Assembly (NCBI GenBank): GCA_937911575.1
Contig: CALDPR010000032.1
Location: 112,709-176,708 of the forward strand
Direction: 5' to 3'
Source of the DNA: an uncultured Porphyromonadaceae bacterium
Lineage (GTDB): Bacteria; Bacteroidota; Bacteroidia; Bacteroidales; Muribaculaceae
DNA length: 64,000 nt
Part shown: piece after piece, positions 1-8,638 of the stretch
Numbering within the stretch: position 1 is the first letter of the stretch
How the letters are laid out: each line of letters starts with the position of its first letter
The notes under the pieces: model-generated
What the model saw: the letters and a program-made list of their open reading frames with translations, nothing else
The model's database searches: none
Told to the model about the DNA's origin: nothing
Position numbers and translations under genes: made by a program

Positions 1-447
1 AATGCCGGCGAAGAGATAGACGGACATATACTTTCTGAATATCTACCAAAAAATTTTGGAGAAAGTGTGTCGCTTGTTGCTGCAAGCAGAACTCCAAGTT
101 ATGAAGTGGAGCGAGAAATGCTTTGGAAGATGATTCTCTCAATGCAAACTGAATTACATGAATTGCGTGAATTTGTTGCCAATGACTTGAAATCGAAAGG
201 AGATACGATTGTCAGCGATAGTTCTCACTATGGAATAAATAATCATCGTTCACTGATAAAACTGCCAGAAGAATCGTTTACACCTTATGGCGTGGAACCA
301 ACGACACTCGAAGATACAGAAAAGGAAACGATTAGTCGTTCGCTTGAGCGAAATCGAGGAAATCGTAGGAAAGCTGCACAAGAGCTGAATATATCAGAGC
401 GTACGCTTTACAGAAAAATAAGGGAATATGGTTTGGAAAATAATTAG
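1..447 (+). CDS. sigma-54-dependent Fis-family transcriptional regulator, C-terminal fragment (5' end lies outside the window)
   Basis: Frame 1 is open from nt 1. The C-terminus has a Fis-type HTH, ...NRRKAAQELNISERTLYRKIREYGL. Confidence 0.8.
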   Translation, partial: NAGEEIDGHILSEYLPKNFGESVSLVAASRTPSYEVEREMLWKMILSMQTELHELREFVANDLKSKGDTIVSDSSHYGINNHRSLIKLPEESFTPYGVEPTTLEDTEKETISRSLERNRGNRRKAAQELNISERTLYRKIREYGLENN

Positions 448-453
448 TTAGAG

Positions 454-981
454 ATGAAAAGAAATTTTCTAAAATATAATCTAATTGTGCTTGTTGCAAG
501 TGTGCTGATTACTCTTTTGGGAGGTTGCACAATTAGTTATAAATTTAATGGTTCAGCTCTTAATTATGATATTTATAAAACTATTGATGTCAGTGAATTT
601 CCAATACGTGCGTCGTTGGTGTATCCACCACTGCAACCAATGTTTGAGAATGAACTATTAGATGCAATCACTCGCCAAACACGTCTTCAAGAAATAGATG
701 GGAATAGTGATTTGGAACTCAGTGGAGAAATTACCGGATATAATCTTTCTCCACAAGCAGTGGGAGAAGATGCTTATGCATCGCAAACCAGGCTTACAAT
801 AACTGTTAGAGTAAAATATATTGATCACAGGAATGAAGCCAATAATATTGATCAGTCGTTCTCAGCATATCGTGATTTTTCAAGTTCGGAAATGCTGACA
901 GATGTGCAAGATCAACTGTGTCAAGAGATTAGTGAAGAGCTTGTGGATCTGATTTTTAATGCGACGTTGGGAAATTGGTAA
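454..981 (+). CDS. small lipoprotein, LptE-like (LPS assembly)
   Basis: Signal peptide with lipobox LLGGC. 175 aa. The position between a sigma-54 regulator and secG matches the Bacteroidales synteny I remember. Assignment is from memory, not from a search. Confidence 0.5.
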   Translation: MKRNFLKYNLIVLVASVLITLLGGCTISYKFNGSALNYDIYKTIDVSEFPIRASLVYPPLQPMFENELLDAITRQTRLQEIDGNSDLELSGEITGYNLSPQAVGEDAYASQTRLTITVRVKYIDHRNEANNIDQSFSAYRDFSSSEMLTDVQDQLCQEISEELVDLIFNATLGNW

Positions 982-983
982 TT

Positions 984-1745
984 ATGAACGGCAGAATACA
1001 AAAAATAATTGTGGGAGAAGAGAAGATAACTCTTGAGGAGCATGCTGAGTTATCTCGTAAATATCCATATTTTATAGTTCCAACGATTTGTGCTTTACGC
1101 GACAAAGTTGAATTTAATGACTCGGAAAGGAAGGAGGTTATTAGTCGTTTGGCTCTTAATATAAGTGATCGTACAATTATGTCCTCATTGATAGATGACG
1201 ACATGATGCAATTCGTGGATTTCTACCCTCAGAATAAAGAGAAAGAATTATCTACGAATGATGCGATAGATACATTCCTAAACAGATATGGCAAAACAGA
1301 TTCTCGGGAAGTTGATGCTCTCACAAAAATGATATTCAATCCAATGCCGGATTATACCTCCGTATTGGCAAACGAAGAAAATTATTTGAATACACCGAAA
1401 ACAGAAACACTCGGTGATGATCAAGATTTAAAGATTAATCAATTTATTGATAGATACAATAGTAGCATTGAGCAATCAATATCTCAAGAAACTCAAGTAG
1501 AGGAGCGACAACCGAAATCCGACAAATTGACCAATGACGTCGATATAGTTGTTCCTTCGCCAAAAGAGAGCGAAAATGTATCGTTGACTGAAAGTTTTGC
1601 TAAAGTTATGATAAAAAATCGTAATTATTCGAAGGCATTGGAAATTATTACCGATTTAAGTTTGAATAATCCAGAAAAAAGTATTTACTTTGCAGACCAA
1701 ATACGATTTTTAAAAAAATTGATTATTAACGAAAATAAACAATAA
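984..1745 (+). CDS. hypothetical protein with a possible TPR-like C-terminal helix pair
   Basis: Long ORF. The track start at 975 is TTG and the first ATG is at 984, just after the upstream stop. No motif recognised. Confidence 0.55.
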   Translation: MNGRIQKIIVGEEKITLEEHAELSRKYPYFIVPTICALRDKVEFNDSERKEVISRLALNISDRTIMSSLIDDDMMQFVDFYPQNKEKELSTNDAIDTFLNRYGKTDSREVDALTKMIFNPMPDYTSVLANEENYLNTPKTETLGDDQDLKINQFIDRYNSSIEQSISQETQVEERQPKSDKLTNDVDIVVPSPKESENVSLTESFAKVMIKNRNYSKALEIITDLSLNNPEKSIYFADQIRFLKKLIINENKQ

Positions 1746-1751
1746 GAAAAA

Positions 1752-2108
1752 ATGTACATTTTATTATCAATCTTAATTGTCTTAGCATCATTGCTTCTTA
1801 TCGGTGCTGTGTTAGTGCAAAAATCTAAAGGAGGAGGTCTTGCATCAAATTATGCCAGTGGTAACCAATATATGGGTTATCGTAAGACAACTGATTTCAT
1901 TGAAAAAGCAACATGGAGTCTTGCAATTTTTATTTGTTTATGCAGCATTGGAGCTTCATTTGCAATTCCAAAAGCAATCAATAAATCAAGCATAGAGCAA
2001 ACACAAGTTCCTGTAAATACAAATACAGAAGCTCCTGCTACTCCGGTTGCAACAGAAACTCCTGTTCAAGCAGCTACTCCGGCAGCACCTGCACAAGAGA
2101 AAAAATAA
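1752..2108 (+). CDS. secG: preprotein translocase subunit SecG
   Basis: N-terminus MYILLSILIVLASLLLIGAVLVQKSKGGGLAS, a second TM segment, and a Pro/Ala/Thr-rich tail. Confidence 0.85.
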   Translation: MYILLSILIVLASLLLIGAVLVQKSKGGGLASNYASGNQYMGYRKTTDFIEKATWSLAIFICLCSIGASFAIPKAINKSSIEQTQVPVNTNTEAPATPVATETPVQAATPAAPAQEKK

Positions 2109-2125
2109 GACACTAAGTTATTAGA

Positions 2126-2166
2126 ACAAAAAAGAGTGCTGAATTTCATCAACACTCTTTTTTGTT
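2126..2166. terminator. bidirectional intrinsic terminator between convergent secG and nadA
   Basis: Stem AAAGAGTG (2131-2138) pairs with CACTCTTT (2153-2160). An A-run precedes it and a T-run follows. Confidence 0.7.
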
Positions 2167-2186
2167 TTTATCTTATAGCGATATAA

Positions 2187-3140
2187 TCACTTAGAGAGTT
2201 CCAGCATACGTTCAATTGGGCGAATGGCCTTTTGAGCAATTTCTTCATCAACAATAATCTCAGGTTGCTCATCACGCAATGCCAAATATACTTTTTCGAG
2301 AGTATTCATCTTCATATATTCGCAAATATTACATTGGCATTCTGCATCTTCTGCTGGGGCGGCAATGAATTGTTTCTGTGGGCATGCACGTTGCATTTCA
2401 AATAGGATTCCACTTTCTGTTACAACTATAAATTTGTCCGCTTCATTATTCTTTGCATAATCAAGTAGAGCCGCAGTCGAGCCAACACAATCAGCCACAA
2501 GTTGCAAAGCTCGTTTGCACTCAGGGTGAACGAGAATTTTAGCTCCGGGATTCTGTTTTTTTAAATCTATAATTTTCTCCAGTGAAAAACGGTCATGCAC
2601 ATGGCAAGCACCATTCCAAAGTAGCATATTTCTGCCTGATACGGCATTTATGTAGCCTCCTAAATTTTTGTCCGGACCGAAAATAATTTTTTCGTCTTGG
2701 GGCAATGATTCAATAATTTTGCGAGCATTTCCTGAAGTTACGACAATATCGGTATGTGCCTTAACTGCTGCAGATGTGTTGACATAGCTGATAACAGTAT
2801 GGTCGGAATGGTCGGCTACGAATTTAGCAAATTCTTCCGGATTACAACTATTGGCAAGCGAACATCCGGCTTCAATGTCGGGAACAAGCACCTTTTTCTG
2901 TGGACATAAAATTTTTGCAGTTTCTCCCATAAAATGCACACCACACATTAAGATAATATCAGCATCTGTTTTTGCGGCATCGCGTGCAAGAGCTAAAGAA
3001 TCGCCGATACGATCAGCTATCTCTTGAATTTCATCTCGTTGGTAATAATGTGCCATTATAACTGCATTTTTTTCTTTCTTCAATCGATTGATTTCAGACA
3101 CTAAATGAGCATTTTTGTTTTCCACTTCCTGTTTTGCCAT
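2187..3140 (-). CDS. nadA: quinolinate synthase NadA
   Basis: 317 aa with ...VIMAHYYQRDEIQEIAD..., conserved Cys residues and HPEC. Confidence 0.92.
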   Translation of the reverse strand: MAKQEVENKNAHLVSEINRLKKEKNAVIMAHYYQRDEIQEIADRIGDSLALARDAAKTDADIILMCGVHFMGETAKILCPQKKVLVPDIEAGCSLANSCNPEEFAKFVADHSDHTVISYVNTSAAVKAHTDIVVTSGNARKIIESLPQDEKIIFGPDKNLGGYINAVSGRNMLLWNGACHVHDRFSLEKIIDLKKQNPGAKILVHPECKRALQLVADCVGSTAALLDYAKNNEADKFIVVTESGILFEMQRACPQKQFIAAPAEDAECQCNICEYMKMNTLEKVYLALRDEQPEIIVDEEIAQKAIRPIERMLELSK

Positions 3141-3165
3141 TTTTTATTTTATTTTATTATGACCA

Positions 3166-3173
3166 CAAAGGTA
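3166..3173 (-). promoter_or_regulatory. Bacteroidetes -7 box (TACCTTTG) for nadA
   Basis: Plus strand reads CAAAGGTA, 26 nt upstream of the nadA ATG. Fits the TAnnTTTG consensus. Confidence 0.5.
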
Positions 3174-3308
3174 TAAAAAAAAACAATTAAAGTGAAAAAG
3201 CCGACAATTTTTTGGCGATAATTGCAGAAAAATATAGAATTCAATACCATTTTTGAAAAAAATCTATTCTGTATGACAAAAAAATTTGCACAACTCATCA
3301 AAACGTTG

Positions 3309-3316
3309 TATCTTTG
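3309..3316 (+). promoter_or_regulatory. -7 box (TATCTTTG) for tRNA-Leu
   Basis: TAnnTTTG match about 45 nt upstream of the tRNA 5' end. Confidence 0.5.
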
Positions 3317-3361
3317 CATCGCAAAATCCACAAAGCAGTAATGCAAGTGGCATCAGCGGAT

Positions 3362-3446
3362 GCAGAAATGGTGGAATGGTAGACACGAAGGACTTAAAAT
3401 CCTTTGGCCTTTATCGGCTGTGCGGGTTCAAGTCCCGCTTTCTGTA
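3362..3446 (+). tRNA. tRNA-Leu (anticodon TAA), class II with long variable arm, CCA not encoded
   Basis: Manual fold. Acceptor GCAGAAA/TTTCTGT, D stem GTG/CAC, anticodon arm AAGGA-CTTAAAA-TCCTT, variable arm GGCC..GGCT, T arm GCGGG-TTCAAGT-CCCGC. Confidence 0.92.
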
Positions 3447-3451
3447 CTCTC

Positions 3452-3483
3452 AACGTGATTTTAAAAAAATCACGTTTTTTTTA
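3452..3483 (+). terminator. intrinsic terminator after tRNA-Leu
   Basis: AACGTGATTT / AAATCACGTT stem followed by a T-run. Confidence 0.8.
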
Positions 3484-3515
3484 TTCTAAAAAATATGTAA
3501 TTAGAAATATTTTTC

Positions 3516-3523
3516 TAAATTTG
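3516..3523 (+). promoter_or_regulatory. orphan -7-like box (TAAATTTG) with no obvious downstream gene
   Basis: TAnnTTTG match about 440 nt upstream of the next CDS, which has its own box at 3916. Confidence 0.3.
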
Positions 3524-3915
3524 CATTTTGAATTGATTGTAAAAGTGCGAATCGAAAAGACGTTTGAGTAAATTTAATAATTTGCAGATGATACGTTTAG
3601 TCTTATTGTGATACTGTATTATTATATTTGATATACACAAACCTGACGATTTGAAACTGTGTAAAGATGTAGCTAATGGAGTCTTAATTGTGAGGGATAC
3701 ATTCTTTTACATGGAATTGGATATGCTTATAGGGTAGGATAGTTGTCTTATCAGTAAAGTAATCAGACAATAATTTGCGATATAAATGAGGAGTAATCTA
3801 CACACACTTCCTTTTCTGTTGGCAGTTTAATATATTAAACATAATTTTATGTGAGATACAACTCTTCAGAATATAGAATATGGAGTCTAATTAGTTGTTG
3901 GGAACTCCGGCGATT

Positions 3916-3923
3916 TAATTTTG
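3916..3923 (+). promoter_or_regulatory. -7 box (TAATTTTG) for the LRR gene
   Basis: TAnnTTTG match 37 nt upstream of ATG 3960. Confidence 0.5.
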
Positions 3924-3959
3924 TAAAGAAGATTAATTATTTTTTAAATTTATATTTAT

Positions 3960-5420
3960 ATGACAGTAAAACAAATATTTTTTTTGAGAGCCATTGCTAC
4001 AATGGTGATTATGTTTATTCTCTGCTTCAATGTAAAAGCACATGATTTTGACCATGAGGGAGTCTATTATAGAATTACCTCAGCCAATACTGTTGAAGTT
4101 ACATATAGAGGAGATTCATATAGTTCATATTCTGATGAATATCATCAAGATGTGATAATTCCTGAAACAGTAATTTATAATGACACTGAATACGTGGTTA
4201 CATCAATAGGTGATCATACATTCTATGGTTGTGTAAGTGTAAGTAGTATTAAAATTCCTTCCACTATAGTTTCAATCGGTGAAGAAGCATTCTATGCTTG
4301 TTCCTATTTGAGTAAAGTGTATATCAGCGATATTGCGTCATATTGCAATATTCTATTCCATCCTGCGTATGGGAATCCGGTGTATTATGCTGAAAATTTA
4401 TATCTTAATGGAGAGTTGATTGAGGATTTGGTAATTCCCGAGGGTGTTAAAAGAATTTCAAGTGGAGCTTTTCAAAGGCTACAACATATAAAATCAGTAT
4501 CTATTCCAAATTCAGTTGTATTTATAGGAGATAACGCATTTGTGGATTGTGGAGGTTTGACAAGCGTATATATCAGCGACATTGCGTCATACTGCAATAT
4601 CAAATACAATGTGCCTTCTGCAAATCCGGTGTATTATGCTGAAAATTTATATCTTAATGGGGAGTTGATTGATGATTTGGTAATTCCTGAAGGGATTGAA
4701 AAAATTAACGACTACCTATTCTATGGATTAGATGAAATAAAATCTGTAACTATCCCGGAATCAGTAACTGAAATTGGACATTATGCATTCTATGAATGCA
4801 ACAGTATATCAGAAATTACATGTTTGGGAACAACGCCTCCTGTCGTTTCAGAAAATACGTTCTCCGATTTTTCTGCATATGTATATGTGCCTTATGAAAG
4901 TATTTATGATTATGCTAAAGATGCAACTTGGTCTAAATTTACAATTAATGATTTAGAAAAACCTCAGGGAGCTCTTTTACAAATAAATGCAGCGAATAGC
5001 AATGGAACTATTAAAATGTATATTCCGGATAATGCATCTTATTCATATATGTTTGAACCGGAAAATAATTATAGGCTGCATAGTGTAACTTTTAATGGAG
5101 AAGATGTAACAGAAGAAATTAATGAACGTGGAATATATACTTCTCCTATTATTGTTGAAGATGCTACTCTTAATGTGACTTTTGAAATACTTACCGGGCT
5201 GGAAGAAGTTGTTGCAGCAGATAGAGTGCGAGTAACGGCTGTCAATGGATACATTATAATCAATGGAACTGTAGTAGGCGAGCAAGTGCATTTATATACA
5301 TCAAACGGTGTATTGCTGAACTCTGCTGTTTCGAATGGAGACGAAATAAAATTTGAAGCAAAAGCCGGTGAAATATATATTATTAAGACACTTAATCGAA
5401 TAGTTAAAGTATTGATGTAA
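3960..5420 (+). CDS. BspA-type leucine-rich-repeat surface protein with T9SS C-terminal sorting domain
   Basis: Signal peptide. Repeated ..IP.SV..IG..AF..C..L..V.. modules. C-terminal ~70 aa (VRVTAVNGYIIINGTVVGEQVHLYTSNGVLL...GEIYIIKTLNRIVKVLM) resembles a type A Por secretion tail. Confidence 0.85.
   Translation: MTVKQIFFLRAIATMVIMFILCFNVKAHDFDHEGVYYRITSANTVEVTYRGDSYSSYSDEYHQDVIIPETVIYNDTEYVVTSIGDHTFYGCVSVSSIKIPSTIVSIGEEAFYACSYLSKVYISDIASYCNILFHPAYGNPVYYAENLYLNGELIEDLVIPEGVKRISSGAFQRLQHIKSVSIPNSVVFIGDNAFVDCGGLTSVYISDIASYCNIKYNVPSANPVYYAENLYLNGELIDDLVIPEGIEKINDYLFYGLDEIKSVTIPESVTEIGHYAFYECNSISEITCLGTTPPVVSENTFSDFSAYVYVPYESIYDYAKDATWSKFTINDLEKPQGALLQINAANSNGTIKMYIPDNASYSYMFEPENNYRLHSVTFNGEDVTEEINERGIYTSPIIVEDATLNVTFEILTGLEEVVAADRVRVTAVNGYIIINGTVVGEQVHLYTSNGVLLNSAVSNGDEIKFEAKAGEIYIIKTLNRIVKVLM
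4317..4697 (+). repeat. internal direct duplication inside the LRR gene (copies 4317-4448 and 4566-4697, 249-nt register)
   Basis: Both copies encode VYISDIASYCNI...NPVYYAENLYLNGELI(E/D)DLVIPEG. They share a 38-nt identical run, aatccggtgtattatgctgaaaatttatatcttaatgg. Confidence 0.85.
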
Positions 5421-5466
5421 AGAGGAAATGACTGCTTGATGTTTTGTATGATTAATAATAGATAAG

Positions 5467-5510
5467 AGAGAGGGTGTCCCAAATAAATTGTTGAGACACC
5501 CTCTCTTTTA
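5467..5510. terminator. bidirectional terminator between the convergent LRR gene and the TonB-dependent receptor
   Basis: Perfect 12-bp stem AGAGAGGGTGTC / GACACCCTCTCT followed by TTTT. Confidence 0.8.
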
Positions 5511-5528
5511 GTCGTATGATAAAAGTTA

Positions 5529-7889
5529 TTAATAACTTATTTTAATTCCTGCGAAGTAACTACGAGGAGTTGATGGTCCATACATGTATCCGGCATCGCG
5601 ATCCGGACCAATATCGAAGTCATCTTGATATGCATTGAAGATATTTTGTATGCCGGCATTTACTTGTAGGGTAACTGATTGATATAGTTTGAAATCGTAT
5701 GTTACCTTAAATCCTAAATCGAAAAAGTCGGAAGTTTTTACAACAGATGGAGTTTCCCAATATCCGGGTACCACTTCATGAGGCACTAACATCGAACCGG
5801 TATAAGTGCCTGAGAGGACAAGAGATAATGGGTTGGCAGGTTTGTATGTTGCTACAAAATATCCGTATGTGTCAGGCGTACGTAACATTCTTTCTACAGC
5901 CGGTGCGTCAGGATTCCAAATTTGAGGTTCGTCGTATCGACTCTTTTGAAAAGAGAAACCGAGTTGAACCTGTGCTTTGTCGAAATATGCCATTTTTGCT
6001 TCTAAAGTAATACCCATAACTTTTGCTCCTGAAGCATTGTATCGAATTCTTTTAAGAATACCATCTTCAATTTCTCCATCAGTGAGAGCAAATACATCAG
6101 ATAGTTTGTTGAAGAATCCTTCAACAAGAAGATTAGTCTGGAAGTCGCCGAATCGATGATACATATCTGCTGATAAGTTAATGCTATGCGAACGTTCTTC
6201 TTTGAGATCTTCAGCCAATTCGATAATAGCGACATTTCCCCCTACATTCTCGATATGAAGGTCTTCGTCGAATGCTTGTGGAGCTCGGAAGCCAGAGGAG
6301 TAGCTGAGGCGTAGATTTATGTCTTTAATAGGATTATATCTCACATTAGCACGTGGACTGAATATCACATGGTCTATAAGATTATGTTTGTCGAGTCGAG
6401 CACCAATAAGGAATCCCCATTGGGCATTTTTCCACTCATTCTGTGCAAATAAACTGGCTATGTTTGTCTGTTGGTTTAAGTATCGATTGTAACCACTCAT
6501 TTTATCTTTGAGGTCATCTTGTGTGTATTCGATTCCGGCAGTTAAATCTGCTGGCAGAAACAGGCATTTGTTGAATCGATAAAGATATTGTGATCCAATA
6601 ACCCATGTGAAGTCTTTTGTTTGTCCGTATGCATCAATAGGATCAAGTTCGCCCGGGCCATAATAACTGTCGCGGTCTATATGTTGTGCTGAAAAATAGG
6701 CACTTACATTGTGCTTTTCGTTTGGAGAATAATAGTCGAATTTTAGTCCCCCTCCATTGATTGAATGTTCAGTTTGCTCGGCTACACTTGCTTCGTGTGG
6801 AGGTAAGTCGATGTTGTCGCCACCACGACGAAACTCCTCGATATGGTGATATTCGAAAGATAGTTTTGTGTAGTCGCTCGTTTTAAGAAATGAACGAAAA
6901 CCGATTGTTTGTCCATTGATTTTGTTTAGTTCTGTGAATCCGTCTCCGTTATAGTCATAACCTGAACGATGACGGTTTTGTCCGAATATGAAAATACCGG
7001 CTTTATGATCATCTGTAACCAGAGATGCATTAAGAGAGGTGTTGTTGTCAAATTTACTTAATCCTCCAATGCCGGTAATCGTGTGCGAAAGCATTGCTGA
7101 ATTTCGTGTTGGCTCTTTAGTGATAATATTGATTGTGCCGGCAATTGCTGATGAACCGAAAAGAGCAGAGCCCCCACCACGCATCACTTCAACTTGCTTA
7201 ATCATACTTGCTGGGATCTGCTCAATGCCATACACTCCGGATAATGCACTGAAGATTGGGCGTGAATCGATAAGTATTTGTGTATATGGACCTTCCAATC
7301 CATTTATGCGTACTTGTTGGAAACCACAGTTTTGGCAACTGGATTCAACTCTCACTCCCGGAACATAGTTAAGACCTTGGGCAAGTGTAGTTGAAGTTGT
7401 TATCTCATACAGACGAGTATCGGCAATGTTGACCAATGTAGGTGCTTCTCTTCGTAACGTCTCATTTCTGTTTGCTGAAACAACTATACCTTCAAGTGAA
7501 ATATCGTCTTTCTTAAGATCAAAATTTTCCTCAAGCGTTACCCCTTTTTTGAGAATAATTTTTCGTTGTTCGGTCATATAGCCGATTGAACTGATTTCAA
7601 GTATGTATTCCCCTTCAGGAAGATTTTTTAGAAAATAGTGCCCGGTGATGTCAGTAGTGGTACCAATCGTAGTGCCTTTGATTGAGATGGTGATAAATTC
7701 CAAATGCTCTTTTGTATCGTAATCTAAGATGTGCCCTATAATATTAGCATCGGTTTCTCTTAAATCAGGATAGTGGTGATGACAATTTTCATCGTGGTGG
7801 TGATAAGGCTCCTCATGGTGATGATCTGCTTTGGCAAATGTCGCCAATGTAAGGCATAAGATTGATAATAATGTAGTTATTTTTTTCAT
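5529..7889 (-). CDS. TonB-dependent outer-membrane receptor with CarboxypepD_reg-like domain and a His-rich mature N-terminus
   Basis: Signal peptide, then ADHHHEEPYHHHDENCHHHYPD. Next a carboxypeptidase-regulatory-like fold (GHILD..T.E.LEFITI), a plug (...VEVMRGGGSALFGSSAIAGTINIITK) and a terminal ..AGIKISY beta-barrel end. Confidence 0.9.
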   Translation of the reverse strand: MKKITTLLSILCLTLATFAKADHHHEEPYHHHDENCHHHYPDLRETDANIIGHILDYDTKEHLEFITISIKGTTIGTTTDITGHYFLKNLPEGEYILEISSIGYMTEQRKIILKKGVTLEENFDLKKDDISLEGIVVSANRNETLRREAPTLVNIADTRLYEITTSTTLAQGLNYVPGVRVESSCQNCGFQQVRINGLEGPYTQILIDSRPIFSALSGVYGIEQIPASMIKQVEVMRGGGSALFGSSAIAGTINIITKEPTRNSAMLSHTITGIGGLSKFDNNTSLNASLVTDDHKAGIFIFGQNRHRSGYDYNGDGFTELNKINGQTIGFRSFLKTSDYTKLSFEYHHIEEFRRGGDNIDLPPHEASVAEQTEHSINGGGLKFDYYSPNEKHNVSAYFSAQHIDRDSYYGPGELDPIDAYGQTKDFTWVIGSQYLYRFNKCLFLPADLTAGIEYTQDDLKDKMSGYNRYLNQQTNIASLFAQNEWKNAQWGFLIGARLDKHNLIDHVIFSPRANVRYNPIKDINLRLSYSSGFRAPQAFDEDLHIENVGGNVAIIELAEDLKEERSHSINLSADMYHRFGDFQTNLLVEGFFNKLSDVFALTDGEIEDGILKRIRYNASGAKVMGITLEAKMAYFDKAQVQLGFSFQKSRYDEPQIWNPDAPAVERMLRTPDTYGYFVATYKPANPLSLVLSGTYTGSMLVPHEVVPGYWETPSVVKTSDFFDLGFKVTYDFKLYQSVTLQVNAGIQNIFNAYQDDFDIGPDRDAGYMYGPSTPRSYFAGIKISY

Positions 7890-8007
7890 TTTAGTTTTAT
7901 ATCTGAATTAGTAATGTGAAATAACAATGTGATATATATGGTTTACACACATATATAATGGCATCTTTATCAAGATGTCGCGAAAATAGGATAATCCCTA
8001 TATTAAC

Positions 8008-8352
8008 TTATGAAAAAAATAAAGGAGGAGCCCTTAATCCGGCTATCCCATTGCAAGGGGATAGTATATGGGATGGAACGTAGATAAAAGAATCTCTTGC
8101 TACGTTGATATGACAAATATCGGGGATAGAGATATTATCGGTTAAATCAACAATAAAATTAGTTATTGTACTTATTGTTATTATTGTTGAATTTGCGTGT
8201 TGATGTCCGTCATCGGAAGAAAATGGGTGTGAGTGAACGATTGTAGCTCCATTTACTTCATGAACGTGTCCACACATTGTAATACTAATCCAATACCCTC
8301 CAAAAATGGCAAGTAAAATGATGTTTATACAATGTTGGAATCGTTGTTTCAT
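8008..8352 (-). CDS. small membrane-anchored His-rich protein (putative metal-handling accessory of the downstream receptor)
   Basis: One N-terminal TM segment (INIILLAIFGGYWISITM), then CGHVHEVNGATIVHSHPFSSDDGHQHANS. C-terminus is ..GLRAPPLFFS. Same strand as the receptor and 118 nt upstream of it. Confidence 0.6.
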   Translation of the reverse strand: MKQRFQHCINIILLAIFGGYWISITMCGHVHEVNGATIVHSHPFSSDDGHQHANSTIITISTITNFIVDLTDNISIPDICHINVARDSFIYVPSHILSPCNGIAGLRAPPLFFS

Positions 8353-8375
8353 TTGGAAATCATATTTTTGAGTTG

Positions 8376-8383
8376 CAAAATTA
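8376..8383 (-). promoter_or_regulatory. -7 box (TAATTTTG) for the small His-rich gene / receptor operon
   Basis: Plus strand reads CAAAATTA, 24 nt upstream of ATG 8352. Confidence 0.55.
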
Positions 8384-8404
8384 CTTATATTAATTTATTT
8401 AGGC

Positions 8405-8424
8405 AATACCATGATATGGGTATT
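8405..8424. promoter_or_regulatory. imperfect inverted repeat AATACCAT-GAT-ATGGGTATT, candidate operator
   Basis: Lies over the expected -33 region of the 8376-8383 promoter. A further ATGGTATT half-site lies near 8472. Confidence 0.3.
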
Positions 8425-8591
8425 TTAATAATTTGGAGTATTAGACAACCTTTATGTTATCTTGGAACAATATGGTATTCACAATGTTAACTAAATATCA
8501 TTATTCGTTTGGGAATATAAGCGTTGTTTGGAATCGTTATAAATTATTGTTTTTTGTTGCTAAAAAGGTTGCTTAGGTCAAGAATTCGCTT

Positions 8592-8599
8592 TATATTTG
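8592..8599 (+). promoter_or_regulatory. -7 box (TATATTTG) for the ferredoxin gene
   Basis: TAnnTTTG match 40 nt upstream of ATG 8639. Confidence 0.55.
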
Positions 8600-8638
8600 C
8601 ACTAAATAATTTAATAACTAATAACTAAAATTTTAATT

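Noticed and set aside
3149-3489. ORFs 3149-3346 (minus) and 3286-3489 (plus).
   Set aside because: The first covers the nadA promoter region. The second reads straight through tRNA-Leu and its terminator. Both are artefacts.
8334-8540. 11-nt direct repeat TTGGAATCGTT at about 8334 and about 8527, flanking the His-rich operon promoter region.
   Set aside because: One copy lies inside the first codons of the small gene. Two copies of an 11-mer could be chance. It is kept only as a note for anyone testing the operator hypothesis.
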